Of a stretch of 64,000 bases of DNA, positions 55,429 to 64,000 are shown one piece after another; the first letter of the stretch is position 1; each line of letters opens with the position of its first letter. The position numbers and the translations under genes are program-made. A model generated the notes under the pieces. The model did not search any database. It saw nothing but the letters and a program-made list of their open reading frames with translations, and was not told where the DNA came from. Source of the stretch: Parvibaculaceae bacterium (lineage in GTDB: Bacteria; Pseudomonadota; Alphaproteobacteria; RS24; CBDDDD01); the NCBI GenBank assembly GCA_965226465.1, contig OZ245362.1, positions 961,931 through 1,025,930 of the forward strand. The letters run 5' to 3'.

Positions 55429-56386
55429 CCCCCTCATCATAGCACTACCCTCCAAAGGCAGGCTGGAAGAGCCGGCGAAAAAATATTTTGAGCGTGCGGG
55501 TCTGCCCATAGAAAGGGGCGTTAAGGGGCGGCAATATCGCGGCAGTCTTTCCAATATAGAGGGCGTGGAGATAAGCTATCTTTCCGCCAGCGAGATAGTC
55601 GGGGCGTTGCAGGCGGGCGATGTTCATTTTGGCATAACGGGCGAGGATTTATTGCGCGAGCAATTGCCGATAATGGAGGAGCGCATTGAGATATTGACTG
55701 GTCTTGGTTTTGGCAATGCCGATGTTGTGGTTGCGGTCCCGCAAAGCTGGATAGATGTCACCACCATGTCGGATCTCAGCGAAATTGCGCTGGAATATTT
55801 GCACATAAGAGGCAAGCGTTTGCGTTGCGCCACCAAATATAGCCATTTGGCAGGCGATTTTTTTGCGCGCCATCACATTGACGATTACCGCCTTGTGGAG
55901 AGCAGCGGGGCGACGGAGGGCGCACCAGCGGCGGGCAGTGCCGACTGCATTATTGACATCAGCTCCAGCGGGGCGACTTTGTCGGCGAACAGCCTGAAAA
56001 TACTGGATGACGGCATGATATTGCGCTCGGAGGCGAGCCTTTGTGCGGCGGTCAAAGCGAGCTGGAGCGGTCAGATGGAGCTTGTCCGCATGATATTATC
56101 GCGACTTGGCGCCCGTCAGCAAGGCTTGCGCCATATTGAGCTTCGCTTTGAAAGCAATGATAAGGATAGGCAATGGCTCCCCGCCCTGCTCAAAGAAAAA
56201 GCTGCCCGCTTCAGCTTTGGCGAGGCGCAAGGCGGCATCTGCTCGCTCCTTTGCCCGCAATCCGAGCTTGCCAATCTTTGTAAAGAGCTTCACCTCAAGG
56301 GCAAGAAAACCATTATCGCATCCAAAGCCGATTATATTTTTGAAGCCCAAAACCGCCTCTATGAAAAGCTCACCGCACGGCTTTAA
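55421..56386 (+). CDS. hisG: ATP phosphoribosyltransferase
   Basis: Begins MRNPLIIALPSKGRLEE and carries ITGEDLL and IIDISSSGATL. It has an extra ~100-aa C-terminal region. Its start overlaps hisZ. Confidence 0.9.
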   Translation: MRNPLIIALPSKGRLEEPAKKYFERAGLPIERGVKGRQYRGSLSNIEGVEISYLSASEIVGALQAGDVHFGITGEDLLREQLPIMEERIEILTGLGFGNADVVVAVPQSWIDVTTMSDLSEIALEYLHIRGKRLRCATKYSHLAGDFFARHHIDDYRLVESSGATEGAPAAGSADCIIDISSSGATLSANSLKILDDGMILRSEASLCAAVKASWSGQMELVRMILSRLGARQQGLRHIELRFESNDKDRQWLPALLKEKAARFSFGEAQGGICSLLCPQSELANLCKELHLKGKKTIIASKADYIFEAQNRLYEKLTARL

Positions 56387-57606
56387 TCTTTATCCAGCCC
56401 AAATGCCTCATGCAAGGCTTTTACCGCCTTGCGAGCATGTTTCTCATCAATCAGTACACTGACTTTAATCTCAGAAGTTGAGATAACATGAATATTAACC
56501 CCAAGCTTGGCAAAGACCTCAAACATTTTCTGCGCCACGCCGCTATGGCTTCTCATGCCGACACCGATAATGGAAACCTTCGCCATAGAGCCAATATGCT
56601 CAATCTCGCCAAGCTCCACTTCGCCGCGCAAAGATTCTAGCGCCTCAAGAGCGCGCACCATCTCATCGCTATCAATGGTGAAGGTAATATCCGTATGCTT
56701 ACTGCTTGAAATATTCTGCACAATCATATCAATATTAATACCGGTCTTGCCCAATGCCCCAAAGATTTTAGCGGCAATGCCCGGCTTATCTGGCACGGAG
56801 CGCAGGGTAATTTTCGCCTCATTATGAGCATAGGCGATGCCGCTTACGACGAGCTGTTCCATATTTTCCTCCTCCATGACTATCAGCGTGCCCCCATTAT
56901 CTTCCTTAGCAAAGCTTGAGAGGACGCGCAACTGAACCCCGTATTTCATCGCCATTTCCACGGCGCGGATTTGCAAGACTTTGGCACCGAGCGACGCCAT
57001 TTCCATCATTTCCTCATGGGATATTTTTGCGAGCTTGCCCGCTTTTGGCACAATATTCGGGTCGGCACTATAGACCCCTTTGACATCGGTATAAATATCA
57101 CACCGCTCCGCCCCAAAAGCAGCCGCCAACGCAACCGCCGTAGTATCAGACCCCCCCCGCCCCAAAGTGGTAATACGATTATCATGCCCAAGCCCCTGAA
57201 ACCCCGCAACCACAGCGACCCGCCCCTCAGCAAGCTGAGCCTCAATCTCTTTGGTTTCAACACCCTCAATCCGCGCCGCCCCATGCATCGCATTGGTATG
57301 GATAGGCAGCTGCCACCCCAGCCAGCTACGTGCCGAGACCCCCTCCCTCTGCAACGCCATCGCAAGCAGCCCAGCGCTGACCTGCTCGCCCGCGGCAAGC
57401 ACGGCGTCATATTCACGCAAATCATGCAGGGGAGCTATTTCTCTGGTGAGCGCCACCAGCCGATTGGTTTCGCCCGCTTGTGCCGAAACGGCGGCGATGA
57501 CCTCATAGCCGTTTTTGACCTCGCCCATGACGAGGCGTGCGACATTATTGACATGCTCGCTGTCGCAGATGGACGTTCCGCCGAATTTCATGACCAATCT
57601 GGGCAT
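56383..57606 (-). CDS. lysC: Aspartate kinase
   Basis: 407 aa with VMKFGGTSI and two C-terminal ACT domains. Confidence 0.95.
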   Translation of the reverse strand: MPRLVMKFGGTSICDSEHVNNVARLVMGEVKNGYEVIAAVSAQAGETNRLVALTREIAPLHDLREYDAVLAAGEQVSAGLLAMALQREGVSARSWLGWQLPIHTNAMHGAARIEGVETKEIEAQLAEGRVAVVAGFQGLGHDNRITTLGRGGSDTTAVALAAAFGAERCDIYTDVKGVYSADPNIVPKAGKLAKISHEEMMEMASLGAKVLQIRAVEMAMKYGVQLRVLSSFAKEDNGGTLIVMEEENMEQLVVSGIAYAHNEAKITLRSVPDKPGIAAKIFGALGKTGINIDMIVQNISSSKHTDITFTIDSDEMVRALEALESLRGEVELGEIEHIGSMAKVSIIGVGMRSHSGVAQKMFEVFAKLGVNIHVISTSEIKVSVLIDEKHARKAVKALHEAFGLDKD

Positions 57607-57683
57607 GCTTGCCTCTCCTATTTTTGCTTTTCTATCCTTTATAGTCTATGCAAAGGGGCAGTGATAGCCCGAAGTGAGGAGCG

Positions 57684-58421
57684 ATGTCAAAGAAAACGAC
57701 CATATCGGCGGCGGAGATAGCGAGATTTTCAGCCCTTGCTGACGAGTGGTGGGATATGAACGGCAGCTTCGCCCCCCTCCACGCCTTCACGCCGATACGG
57801 GTGGAATATATCCGCGACCGCATCTGCGCCCATTTCAAAAGGGATAAGAATAAGCCCACCCCCCTCAACGGCATAACAATTATGGATATAGGCTGCGGCG
57901 GCGGGCTGCTATGCGAGCCGCTCGCCCGACTTGGCGCCGAGATAACCGGCATTGATGCCGCCCATAAAAACATAGAAATAGCCAAAATCCACGCCAAAAA
58001 AATGAAGCTGGATATCGCCTATCACTGCGCCGCCCCCGAGCAAATGAGCGAGATGGCGGAACAATTTGATGTGGTTCTGAACATGGAAGTCGTAGAGCAT
58101 GTTGAAAATGTCGCCCTCTTCCTGCAAAGCTCCGCAACCATGCTGACCCCCAATGGCATGATGCTGGTGGCAACATTGAGCCGCACCGCCAAGAGCTTCC
58201 TATTGGCGATAATCGGTGCCGAATATATCCTCCGCTGGCTGCCAAGGGGCACCCATGAATGGAACAAGTTCCTCCTCCCCGACGAGCTGGCAAAAATGCT
58301 GGAGCAAGCAGGGCTGGAAATTAAAGAGCGTATTGGTGTCCGCTACCACCCCATAAGCCGCAAATGGTCACTAAGCCCAGATATGGATGTCAATTATATG
58401 ATAAGAGCGCAAAAAACCTAA
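57684..58421 (+). CDS. ubiG: Ubiquinone biosynthesis O-methyltransferase
   Basis: Motifs FSALADEWWD, SAM motif DIGCGGGLL, and NMEVVEHV. Confidence 0.9.
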   Translation: MSKKTTISAAEIARFSALADEWWDMNGSFAPLHAFTPIRVEYIRDRICAHFKRDKNKPTPLNGITIMDIGCGGGLLCEPLARLGAEITGIDAAHKNIEIAKIHAKKMKLDIAYHCAAPEQMSEMAEQFDVVLNMEVVEHVENVALFLQSSATMLTPNGMMLVATLSRTAKSFLLAIIGAEYILRWLPRGTHEWNKFLLPDELAKMLEQAGLEIKERIGVRYHPISRKWSLSPDMDVNYMIRAQKT

Positions 58422-58837
58422 TTGGTCTTTTTTTCTATGGCGAGGGGCAGCGAGATAATCTCCACCCCCTCCTCCAATAATTCTTCCGCCTCGCTCACAG
58501 AGGTTTCCCCATAAATCGCACGCTCCGCCTTTTCGCCATAATGCATGGCACGCGCCTCCTCAGCAAAATCACCGCCAACATTTTCAAAATTATCGCTAAT
58601 CATTTTTTTCAGCTTTTTCAGCATTTTCCCATCCGCCCCCTTTGCCTTCAACACAGAACGCCCCCCCTTACCGCTCAAGACGGCAGGAGCCATCGGACTT
58701 TTTTCAATTTTCTTGGCGCCACATTGCGGACAGCAAAGCGCCTTTTTTCCCGCCAGCTTGTCATATGCCGCCATGCTCTCAAACCAGGAGGAGAACACCG
58801 CCTCACAAGCCATACACCGCATGGAATATTGGATCAT
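58418..58837 (-). CDS. DUF1178-family zinc-ribbon protein
   Basis: Begins MIQYSMRCMACEAVFSSWFES...CPQCG. The size and Cys pattern are typical of alphaproteobacterial DUF1178. Confidence 0.7.
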   Translation of the reverse strand: MIQYSMRCMACEAVFSSWFESMAAYDKLAGKKALCCPQCGAKKIEKSPMAPAVLSGKGGRSVLKAKGADGKMLKKLKKMISDNFENVGGDFAEEARAMHYGEKAERAIYGETSVSEAEELLEEGVEIISLPLAIEKKTN

Positions 58838-59676
58838 GTCGCCCCACCCTGCTTGCGGATAGAAAAATCATTGGCAGAAGCAAGCGAGGGAATATGACTC
58901 CTCGCCCCCGCCACCTCAGCAGGGTCAATCTCCGCACGAATAATAACAGGCGCCTTGCCACCCGCCTCCGCCAGCACCTTGCCCCAAGGGTTGATAATAA
59001 GACTATGCCCATAAGTCCGCCTCCCATTTTCATGCGTGCCCGATTGTGCCGGTGCAAATAAAAAGCACCCCGTTTCAATCGCACGTGCCCGCAAGAGGCT
59101 ATGCCAATGAGCAGCACCCGTAATTTGCGTAAAAGCCGCAGGCACGGAAAGAAACGCCGCCCCTGCTCTTGCCAGTTCCTGATAAAGATGAGGAAAGCGG
59201 ATATCATAACAAATACTCATGCCAATCTTACCCCAAGGAAGCTCAGCGATAACCGCCTCCTTTCCCGCATGAAAAATATTGCTTTCCCGATATTCCTCCC
59301 CCGAAGGCAGAGCGACATCAAAGAGATGAATCTTATCATAATGCGCCTGAATAGCCCCATCAGGGCGAATAAGATAGGAGCGGTTGACCAGCCGATTATT
59401 TTCATCCCGCTGAGCAAGCGAGCCGATAATGAGCCAAATCCCATGCCCGCGCGCCGCCTTTTGCAAAACAGTCAAGCTCTCATCCTCATTATAAAGAGGA
59501 AAGTTTTCAGCCCCCTGCTTTTCATGGCGCAACATCGCCATACAATTTTCGGGCGTCATGATAAGCTTGTCACCCGCCGCCGCCCCTCCGGCTATCAACT
59601 CAAGCATTAGCGCAAGATTATCCGCAGGCTCAATAGAGGAGCAAAGCTGTATACAACCAATTTGAAATTTACCCAT
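58834..59676 (-). CDS. Carbon-nitrogen hydrolase (nitrilase superfamily, omega-amidase-like)
   Basis: Catalytic Cys block GMSICYDIRFP. ATG at 59676. Confidence 0.85.
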   Translation of the reverse strand: MGKFQIGCIQLCSSIEPADNLALMLELIAGGAAAGDKLIMTPENCMAMLRHEKQGAENFPLYNEDESLTVLQKAARGHGIWLIIGSLAQRDENNRLVNRSYLIRPDGAIQAHYDKIHLFDVALPSGEEYRESNIFHAGKEAVIAELPWGKIGMSICYDIRFPHLYQELARAGAAFLSVPAAFTQITGAAHWHSLLRARAIETGCFLFAPAQSGTHENGRRTYGHSLIINPWGKVLAEAGGKAPVIIRAEIDPAEVAGARSHIPSLASANDFSIRKQGGAT

Positions 59677-59699
59677 AATCCTTCTCACATTCCCCTTCA

Positions 59700-60473
59700 C
59701 TATAGCATATGGTAACTATCTTTCCTAAATTCAACTCTGGCAAGCGTTAAAACCTCAATGCTCGCCGCTTTTGAACGCCGCAAAACACGGCATGCCTCAT
59801 GAATAGTCGCCCCGGTCGTATAGACATCATCAATGAGCAGCACCCGCTTATGGCGAATAAGATGTTTTTTCTTTTGGCGCACCATAAAAGCATTTTTAAT
59901 ATTGGCGCGCCTTTCGCGCCCGCTCAGCCCACTTTGCGGCGGCGTCGCCCGAATACGAATAAGGCTATTGGTATCAATCGGCAATTTGGTCAGATAATGA
60001 ATATGGCGCCCAAGCTCCGAGCTTTGGTTAAAGCTCCTGCTAACATATCGCCCCCGATGAAGCGGAATGGGAATAATAATATCGCAATTTTTGACAATCT
60101 CCCCGCCCGCACGAAGCATCCAAGGCGCAAAAATTTTAGCAATCTCGGTATGGCGCGCAAACTTAAAGCGGTGCAGAATATCCTGCCCCACCCCCTCATA
60201 AAAAAACACCGAGCGCATATGGTCAAAAGCGGGCGGGTGTGCCAGCGCCCTAGCCGAGATAGTGCCGTCCGCCACCTCAAACGGAAAGGGTGCGCCCAAT
60301 ATCGGACAGATAGGCTTTTCAATAAAGCGAATCTTACCCCAGCAATATCCACAAACCCCGCCTTCACTTTCAATGATACGCATACAAGCGGCACAGCGAA
60401 ACGGAATCATAAAATTGGTAACACGGTTCAGCGCATTGATAATCTTACCAAGCAGCGTCTTTTTCTTTTCCAC
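59700..60473 (-). CDS. ComF-family phosphoribosyltransferase-domain protein
   Basis: N-terminal Cys-rich zinc finger (CAAC...CGYCW) and PRTase motif VLLIDDVYTTGAT. Confidence 0.8.
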   Translation of the reverse strand: MEKKKTLLGKIINALNRVTNFMIPFRCAACMRIIESEGGVCGYCWGKIRFIEKPICPILGAPFPFEVADGTISARALAHPPAFDHMRSVFFYEGVGQDILHRFKFARHTEIAKIFAPWMLRAGGEIVKNCDIIIPIPLHRGRYVSRSFNQSSELGRHIHYLTKLPIDTNSLIRIRATPPQSGLSGRERRANIKNAFMVRQKKKHLIRHKRVLLIDDVYTTGATIHEACRVLRRSKAASIEVLTLARVEFRKDSYHML

Positions 60474-60492
60474 ACCTACCCCCTATGGCATA

Positions 60493-61380
60493 ATGGCGAA
60501 TATGGCTGATAGTGTAGCAGAAATTTTTGACCGCAGCCTGCTGAAAAAGCGCAAAGAGCGCGCAGGCAGGAGAAAGGCGGAATATGCGCCCTTACTGGCA
60601 AGCATAGCAGACGGCTTAGCCGAGCGCATAGCCGAAATAAAAAGAACATTCCCGCTCGGCATCTGTCTTGGCGCCCATGGCGAGGCAGGCGCAACCCTAC
60701 ACAACCAAGTCGGAAAGCTGATAGATTGCGCGCTCAGCCAAACCCTATTAGGCGCAAAAGGCGGCATTGTTCTGGACGAAGAACACCTCCCCTTCGCCGA
60801 AAAGAGCCTAGACATCATCATCTCCTTCCTGACCCTCCACCACATCAACCAGGTTCCCAAATTATTAGTGCAAGCAAGAAAAGCCCTTCACCCCGACGGC
60901 GTATTACTCGGCGTACAAATCGGCGCAGGCAGTCTAGACGAACTACGCCAAACCCTCGCCCAAGCCGAAGAACAAACAACAGGCAATTGGACAGCCCGCA
61001 TTGCCCCCATGGCAGAGATACGCGATATGGGCGACATCCTCCAAGCCGCAGGCTTCGCCATGCCCGTCATTGACCGCCAAAAAATCCAGATTACCTATAA
61101 CGACCCCATGCACCTATTGCGCGACATTAACGGACTTGGCGAGAGCAATATTATCAAGCAACAAACCCCCCTGCGCCGAAAAGTCTTGGAGCGCGCAATG
61201 GCACTATATAAAGAAAACCACAGCACCGCTCAGGGCAAAGTTTCCGCCACCCTTGAGCTTCACTATTTCATGGGCTGGGCACCCCATAAAGACCAGCCCA
61301 AACCCCTGCCAAGAGGCAGCGCCAAAATGGGACTGGAAGAAGCACTCGAAAAAATCCGCAAATCAGATATGAGCCAATAA
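60493..61380 (+). CDS. Class I SAM-dependent methyltransferase-like protein (Methyltransf_11 type)
   Basis: LDIIISFLTLHHINQVPKLLVQARKALHPDGVLL is present. Motif I looks degenerate. ATG at 60493; the longer ORF is antisense to comF. Confidence 0.65.
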   Translation: MANMADSVAEIFDRSLLKKRKERAGRRKAEYAPLLASIADGLAERIAEIKRTFPLGICLGAHGEAGATLHNQVGKLIDCALSQTLLGAKGGIVLDEEHLPFAEKSLDIIISFLTLHHINQVPKLLVQARKALHPDGVLLGVQIGAGSLDELRQTLAQAEEQTTGNWTARIAPMAEIRDMGDILQAAGFAMPVIDRQKIQITYNDPMHLLRDINGLGESNIIKQQTPLRRKVLERAMALYKENHSTAQGKVSATLELHYFMGWAPHKDQPKPLPRGSAKMGLEEALEKIRKSDMSQ

Positions 61381-61776
61381 ACAATCAATAAGCGGCATAT
61401 CCGCTGGCAACATTTTCTGCTCCGCCAGTTTCTGAGCCTCCACCCATGCCAGCTTCTGCCCCTCTTGTGCCACAGGCTCCCCGCCCCATTCTCGGCAGAT
61501 AAACAGCATCAACATCACATGCGCCTCCTCATATTCATGACAAGCAAACCCCATTGGCGAAACCGCCCCCGCCTCCACCCGCACCCCAAGCTCCTCATCC
61601 AACTCACGGATAAGACTTGCGGCGGGCGTTTCAGAAGCCTCACATTTCCCACCAGGAAACTCCCAATACCCCGCCCAGCTTTTCCCCTTTGGGCGCTCAT
61701 TAATAAGCACCTCACCGCCCCGCACCAGAGCGGCGGCGACAACAAAACGCACAGGCTTAGCTTCGGTAATCGGCAT
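61363..61776 (-). CDS. mutT: NUDIX hydrolase, MutT-like
   Basis: Nudix box GYWEFPGGKCEASETPAASLIRELDEELG. Start at 61776 (or 61794). Confidence 0.8.
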   Translation of the reverse strand: MPITEAKPVRFVVAAALVRGGEVLINERPKGKSWAGYWEFPGGKCEASETPAASLIRELDEELGVRVEAGAVSPMGFACHEYEEAHVMLMLFICREWGGEPVAQEGQKLAWVEAQKLAEQKMLPADMPLIDCLLAHI

Positions 61777-62974
61777 TGATATCAATATAGCCATGGGTGA
61801 GGTCGCACCCCCACATCTGCGCCACCCCCTTGCCAATCCCCAAGCTGACATGGATAGCAATCTCCCGCTTTTTCAATAATTTCCGCAAAGGCGCGCCATC
61901 CAAAGCAGGGCGAAAAGCCCCCTTAGAGGCAACCAGAATACCCCCCATATAGAGCTTCAACTTCTCAGCAATCACAGGCTCCCCCGTTTTCCCAATCGCC
62001 ATAATCACCCGCCCACAATTGGCATCCTCACCGGCAATAGCCGTCTTCACCAGCGGCGAATTAACAATGGAAGCGGCAATCCTCTTAGCAGAAGCCTCAC
62101 TCCTCGCCCCGCTCACCCGCACCGAGATTAATTTCTGCGCCCCCTCACCATCCCGAACAACCTGCAAAGCAAGGTCAAGACAAAGCTCGCCCAACGCCTT
62201 CTCAATCAAAGCAAAAGAAGTCTTACGCAACGGCTTCTTCTCCTGAGTAGCGATAAAAAACACGCCATCATTGGTAGAACATTCCCCATCCACACTAATC
62301 GCATTAAAACTATTTTCGGTAGCCCGCTTCAGCATTTTCCGCATAACCGCCACGGGCAAAGCCGCATCCGTCACAATATAGGCAAGCATGGTCGCCATAT
62401 CAGGCGCAATCATACCCGAACCCTTCGCAATCGCATTAAAGCGAATGTTCTGCCCCCCCCATTGAATAGTCTTAGTCGCAAGTTTGGGAAACGTATCGGT
62501 CGTACAAATCGCCTTCGCCGCCGCCCCCCAATCCGCCTTTTTCATAAGCGGCAACGCCCCCACCACAGGCTTACTTGGCAACACCTCGCCAATAACCCCG
62601 GTAGAGCAAAGAAAAACATGGCTCACCGAACACCCCAAATGCCCCGCCAGCGCCTTCCCAATCGTTTTGGTAGCCCGCTCCCCCGCCTTCCCGGTAAACG
62701 CATTAGCATTTCCCGCATTGACTAAAACCGCCCGCACCCTGCCATGCTTCAAGTTCTCCCGACACCACAAAACAGAGGACGCACAAAGCCGATTTTCCGT
62801 CAGCACGCCTGCAATCCGCGCCTTCGGCACAAGCGTCATCAATAATAAATCATCCCGCCCCTTATATTTCATGCCGCTCGCCGCCACCGAAAGCGAACAG
62901 CCCGCAATATTTTTCAGCACCGGCACTTTCTTAGGCGCAAGCGGGGAGCGGGGGAGGGTCATTTTTTTTGCCAT
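61757..62974 (-). CDS. argJ: Bifunctional glutamate N-acetyltransferase/amino-acid acetyltransferase
   Basis: Autoprocessing site DMATMLAYIVTD and C-terminal GYIDINADYRS. ATG at 62974. Confidence 0.9.
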   Translation of the reverse strand: MAKKMTLPRSPLAPKKVPVLKNIAGCSLSVAASGMKYKGRDDLLLMTLVPKARIAGVLTENRLCASSVLWCRENLKHGRVRAVLVNAGNANAFTGKAGERATKTIGKALAGHLGCSVSHVFLCSTGVIGEVLPSKPVVGALPLMKKADWGAAAKAICTTDTFPKLATKTIQWGGQNIRFNAIAKGSGMIAPDMATMLAYIVTDAALPVAVMRKMLKRATENSFNAISVDGECSTNDGVFFIATQEKKPLRKTSFALIEKALGELCLDLALQVVRDGEGAQKLISVRVSGARSEASAKRIAASIVNSPLVKTAIAGEDANCGRVIMAIGKTGEPVIAEKLKLYMGGILVASKGAFRPALDGAPLRKLLKKREIAIHVSLGIGKGVAQMWGCDLTHGYIDINADYRS

Positions 62975-63084
62975 GATGGGGGGATAATGCCAGCAAGTTG
63001 CAAAAAGCACAAGCGGGGCAATTGACATTGAGGCAATTGGTGCTTAGATGAAGCAGGTAAGCGAGCAAGGAGGCTACAGGTTTC

Positions 63085-64000
63085 ATGTTTTCTGGAGTAG
63101 CAAAAAAAATATTCGGCACGGCGAATGAGCGCAAGCTCAAAGCCTATCGCTCGGAGCTGGAGGCGATAAATGCGCTGGAAAGCGAGCTTGAAGCCCTGAG
63201 CGATGAGGCGCTGAAAGCCCGCACCCAAACCTTCCGCGAACAGCTAAAAGACGGCAAAAAACTAGACGATTTAATAATCCCCGCCTTTGCCACCGTGCGC
63301 GAAGCCTCCAAAAGAGTATTAGGACAACGCCCCTTTGACGTACAAATAATGAGTGCGCTCGCCCTCCATAAAGGCAAAATAACCGAAATGAAAACGGGCG
63401 AAGGCAAAACCCTCTCCTCCACGCTCCCCAGCTACCTAAACGCCCTCACAGGCGAGGGCGTCCATATCGTCACCGTCAATGACTACCTAGCCAAGCGCGA
63501 CGCCGAGTGGATGGGCGGTCTATACCAATTTCTAGGGCTAGAGGTCGGCTGTGTCTTAGGCGGCATGGACGACAAGGAACGCCGCCAAGCCTATCAAGCC
63601 GACATCACCTATGGCACCAATAATGAGTTCGGCTTTGACTACCTGCGCGACAATATGAAATACCAGCTAGAGGATATGGTACAAAGAGGACACAGCTTTG
63701 CGATAGTTGACGAGGTGGATAGCATATTGATTGACGAGGCGCGCACCCCCCTCATCATCTCAGGAGCGCTGGAGGATAGAAGCGATTTATACATTAAAAT
63801 TGACAAAATCATCCCAAAGCTCAAGCCCAAGCATTACGAGATAGACGAAAAAACCCGCAACGTAACCCTCACCGATGAGGGCAATGAACACACCGAAAAA
63901 CTCCTCAAAGAAGCAGGCATTTTGGAAGAGGGAACCATTTACGACATCGGCAATGTAAACCTCGTCCATCACATCAACCAAGCCTTGCGCGCCCATAAAT
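63085..64000 (+). CDS. secA: Preprotein translocase ATPase SecA (N-terminal part; continues beyond the window)
   Basis: My translation from ATG 63085 gives [21 protein letters not shown]...MKTGEGKTL...[18 protein letters not shown]. It is not listed as one ORF because it leaves the window. Confidence 0.95.
   Translation, partial: MFSGVAKKIFGTANERKLKAYRSELEAINALESELEALSDEALKARTQTFREQLKDGKKLDDLIIPAFATVREASKRVLGQRPFDVQIMSALALHKGKITEMKTGEGKTLSSTLPSYLNALTGEGVHIVTVNDYLAKRDAEWMGGLYQFLGLEVGCVLGGMDDKERRQAYQADITYGTNNEFGFDYLRDNMKYQLEDMVQRGHSFAIVDEVDSILIDEARTPLIISGALEDRSDLYIKIDKIIPKLKPKHYEIDEKTRNVTLTDEGNEHTEKLLKEAGILEEGTIYDIGNVNLVHHINQALRAHK

Noticed and set aside
1-64000. Search for tRNA, rRNA, CRISPR arrays, IS elements, integrases and prophage structural genes
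   Set aside because: By eye I found no T-loop or acceptor-like structures, no regularly spaced repeat-spacer arrays, and no DDE or tyrosine/serine recombinase-like ORFs. tRNAscan-SE, Infernal or ISfinder could still detect something I missed.

Overview
This is a dense chromosomal segment that looks alphaproteobacterial. Supporting markers are a CcrM-type methyltransferase, the aa3 oxidase cluster ctaC-ctaD-ctaB-ctaG-ctaE-SURF1, gcvT-H-PA-PB behind a tandem glycine riboswitch, msbA-waaA-lpxK-lpxL, hisZ-hisG, the small DUF2093 and DUF1178 proteins, and secA/argJ/mutT. I support about 60 housekeeping CDS, many translationally coupled through ATGA or GTGA overlaps. I recognised no rRNA, tRNA, CRISPR array, transposase or integrase.

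Three patches that are AT-richer by eye interrupt the core:
- (i) 2961-6710 carries a type IIS-like restriction-modification operon (AlwI/PleI/BstNBI-like endonuclease plus two DPPY methyltransferases), placed directly beside ccrM.
- (ii) 26040-26900 carries two small overlapping ORFs split at a poly-A run.
- (iii) 48620-54300 carries a GIY-YIG protein, an XRE regulator, a small OMP beta-barrel and a tight three-gene operon. The operon encodes a GHKL-type ATPase with an unknown N-terminal domain, a small STAS-like protein and a 2-TM protein. I consider it the best candidate for an undescribed conflict or defence module.

To the right of that island lie a strand-pure polypyrimidine tract of about 640 bp (53221-53860), an AT-rich block of TTCATGAA-type palindromes, and a Cro-like HTH segment in frame with hisZ. 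Both large islands carry the same composite hairpin-repeat block on one boundary. All homology calls rest on motif recognition and memory, not database searches.
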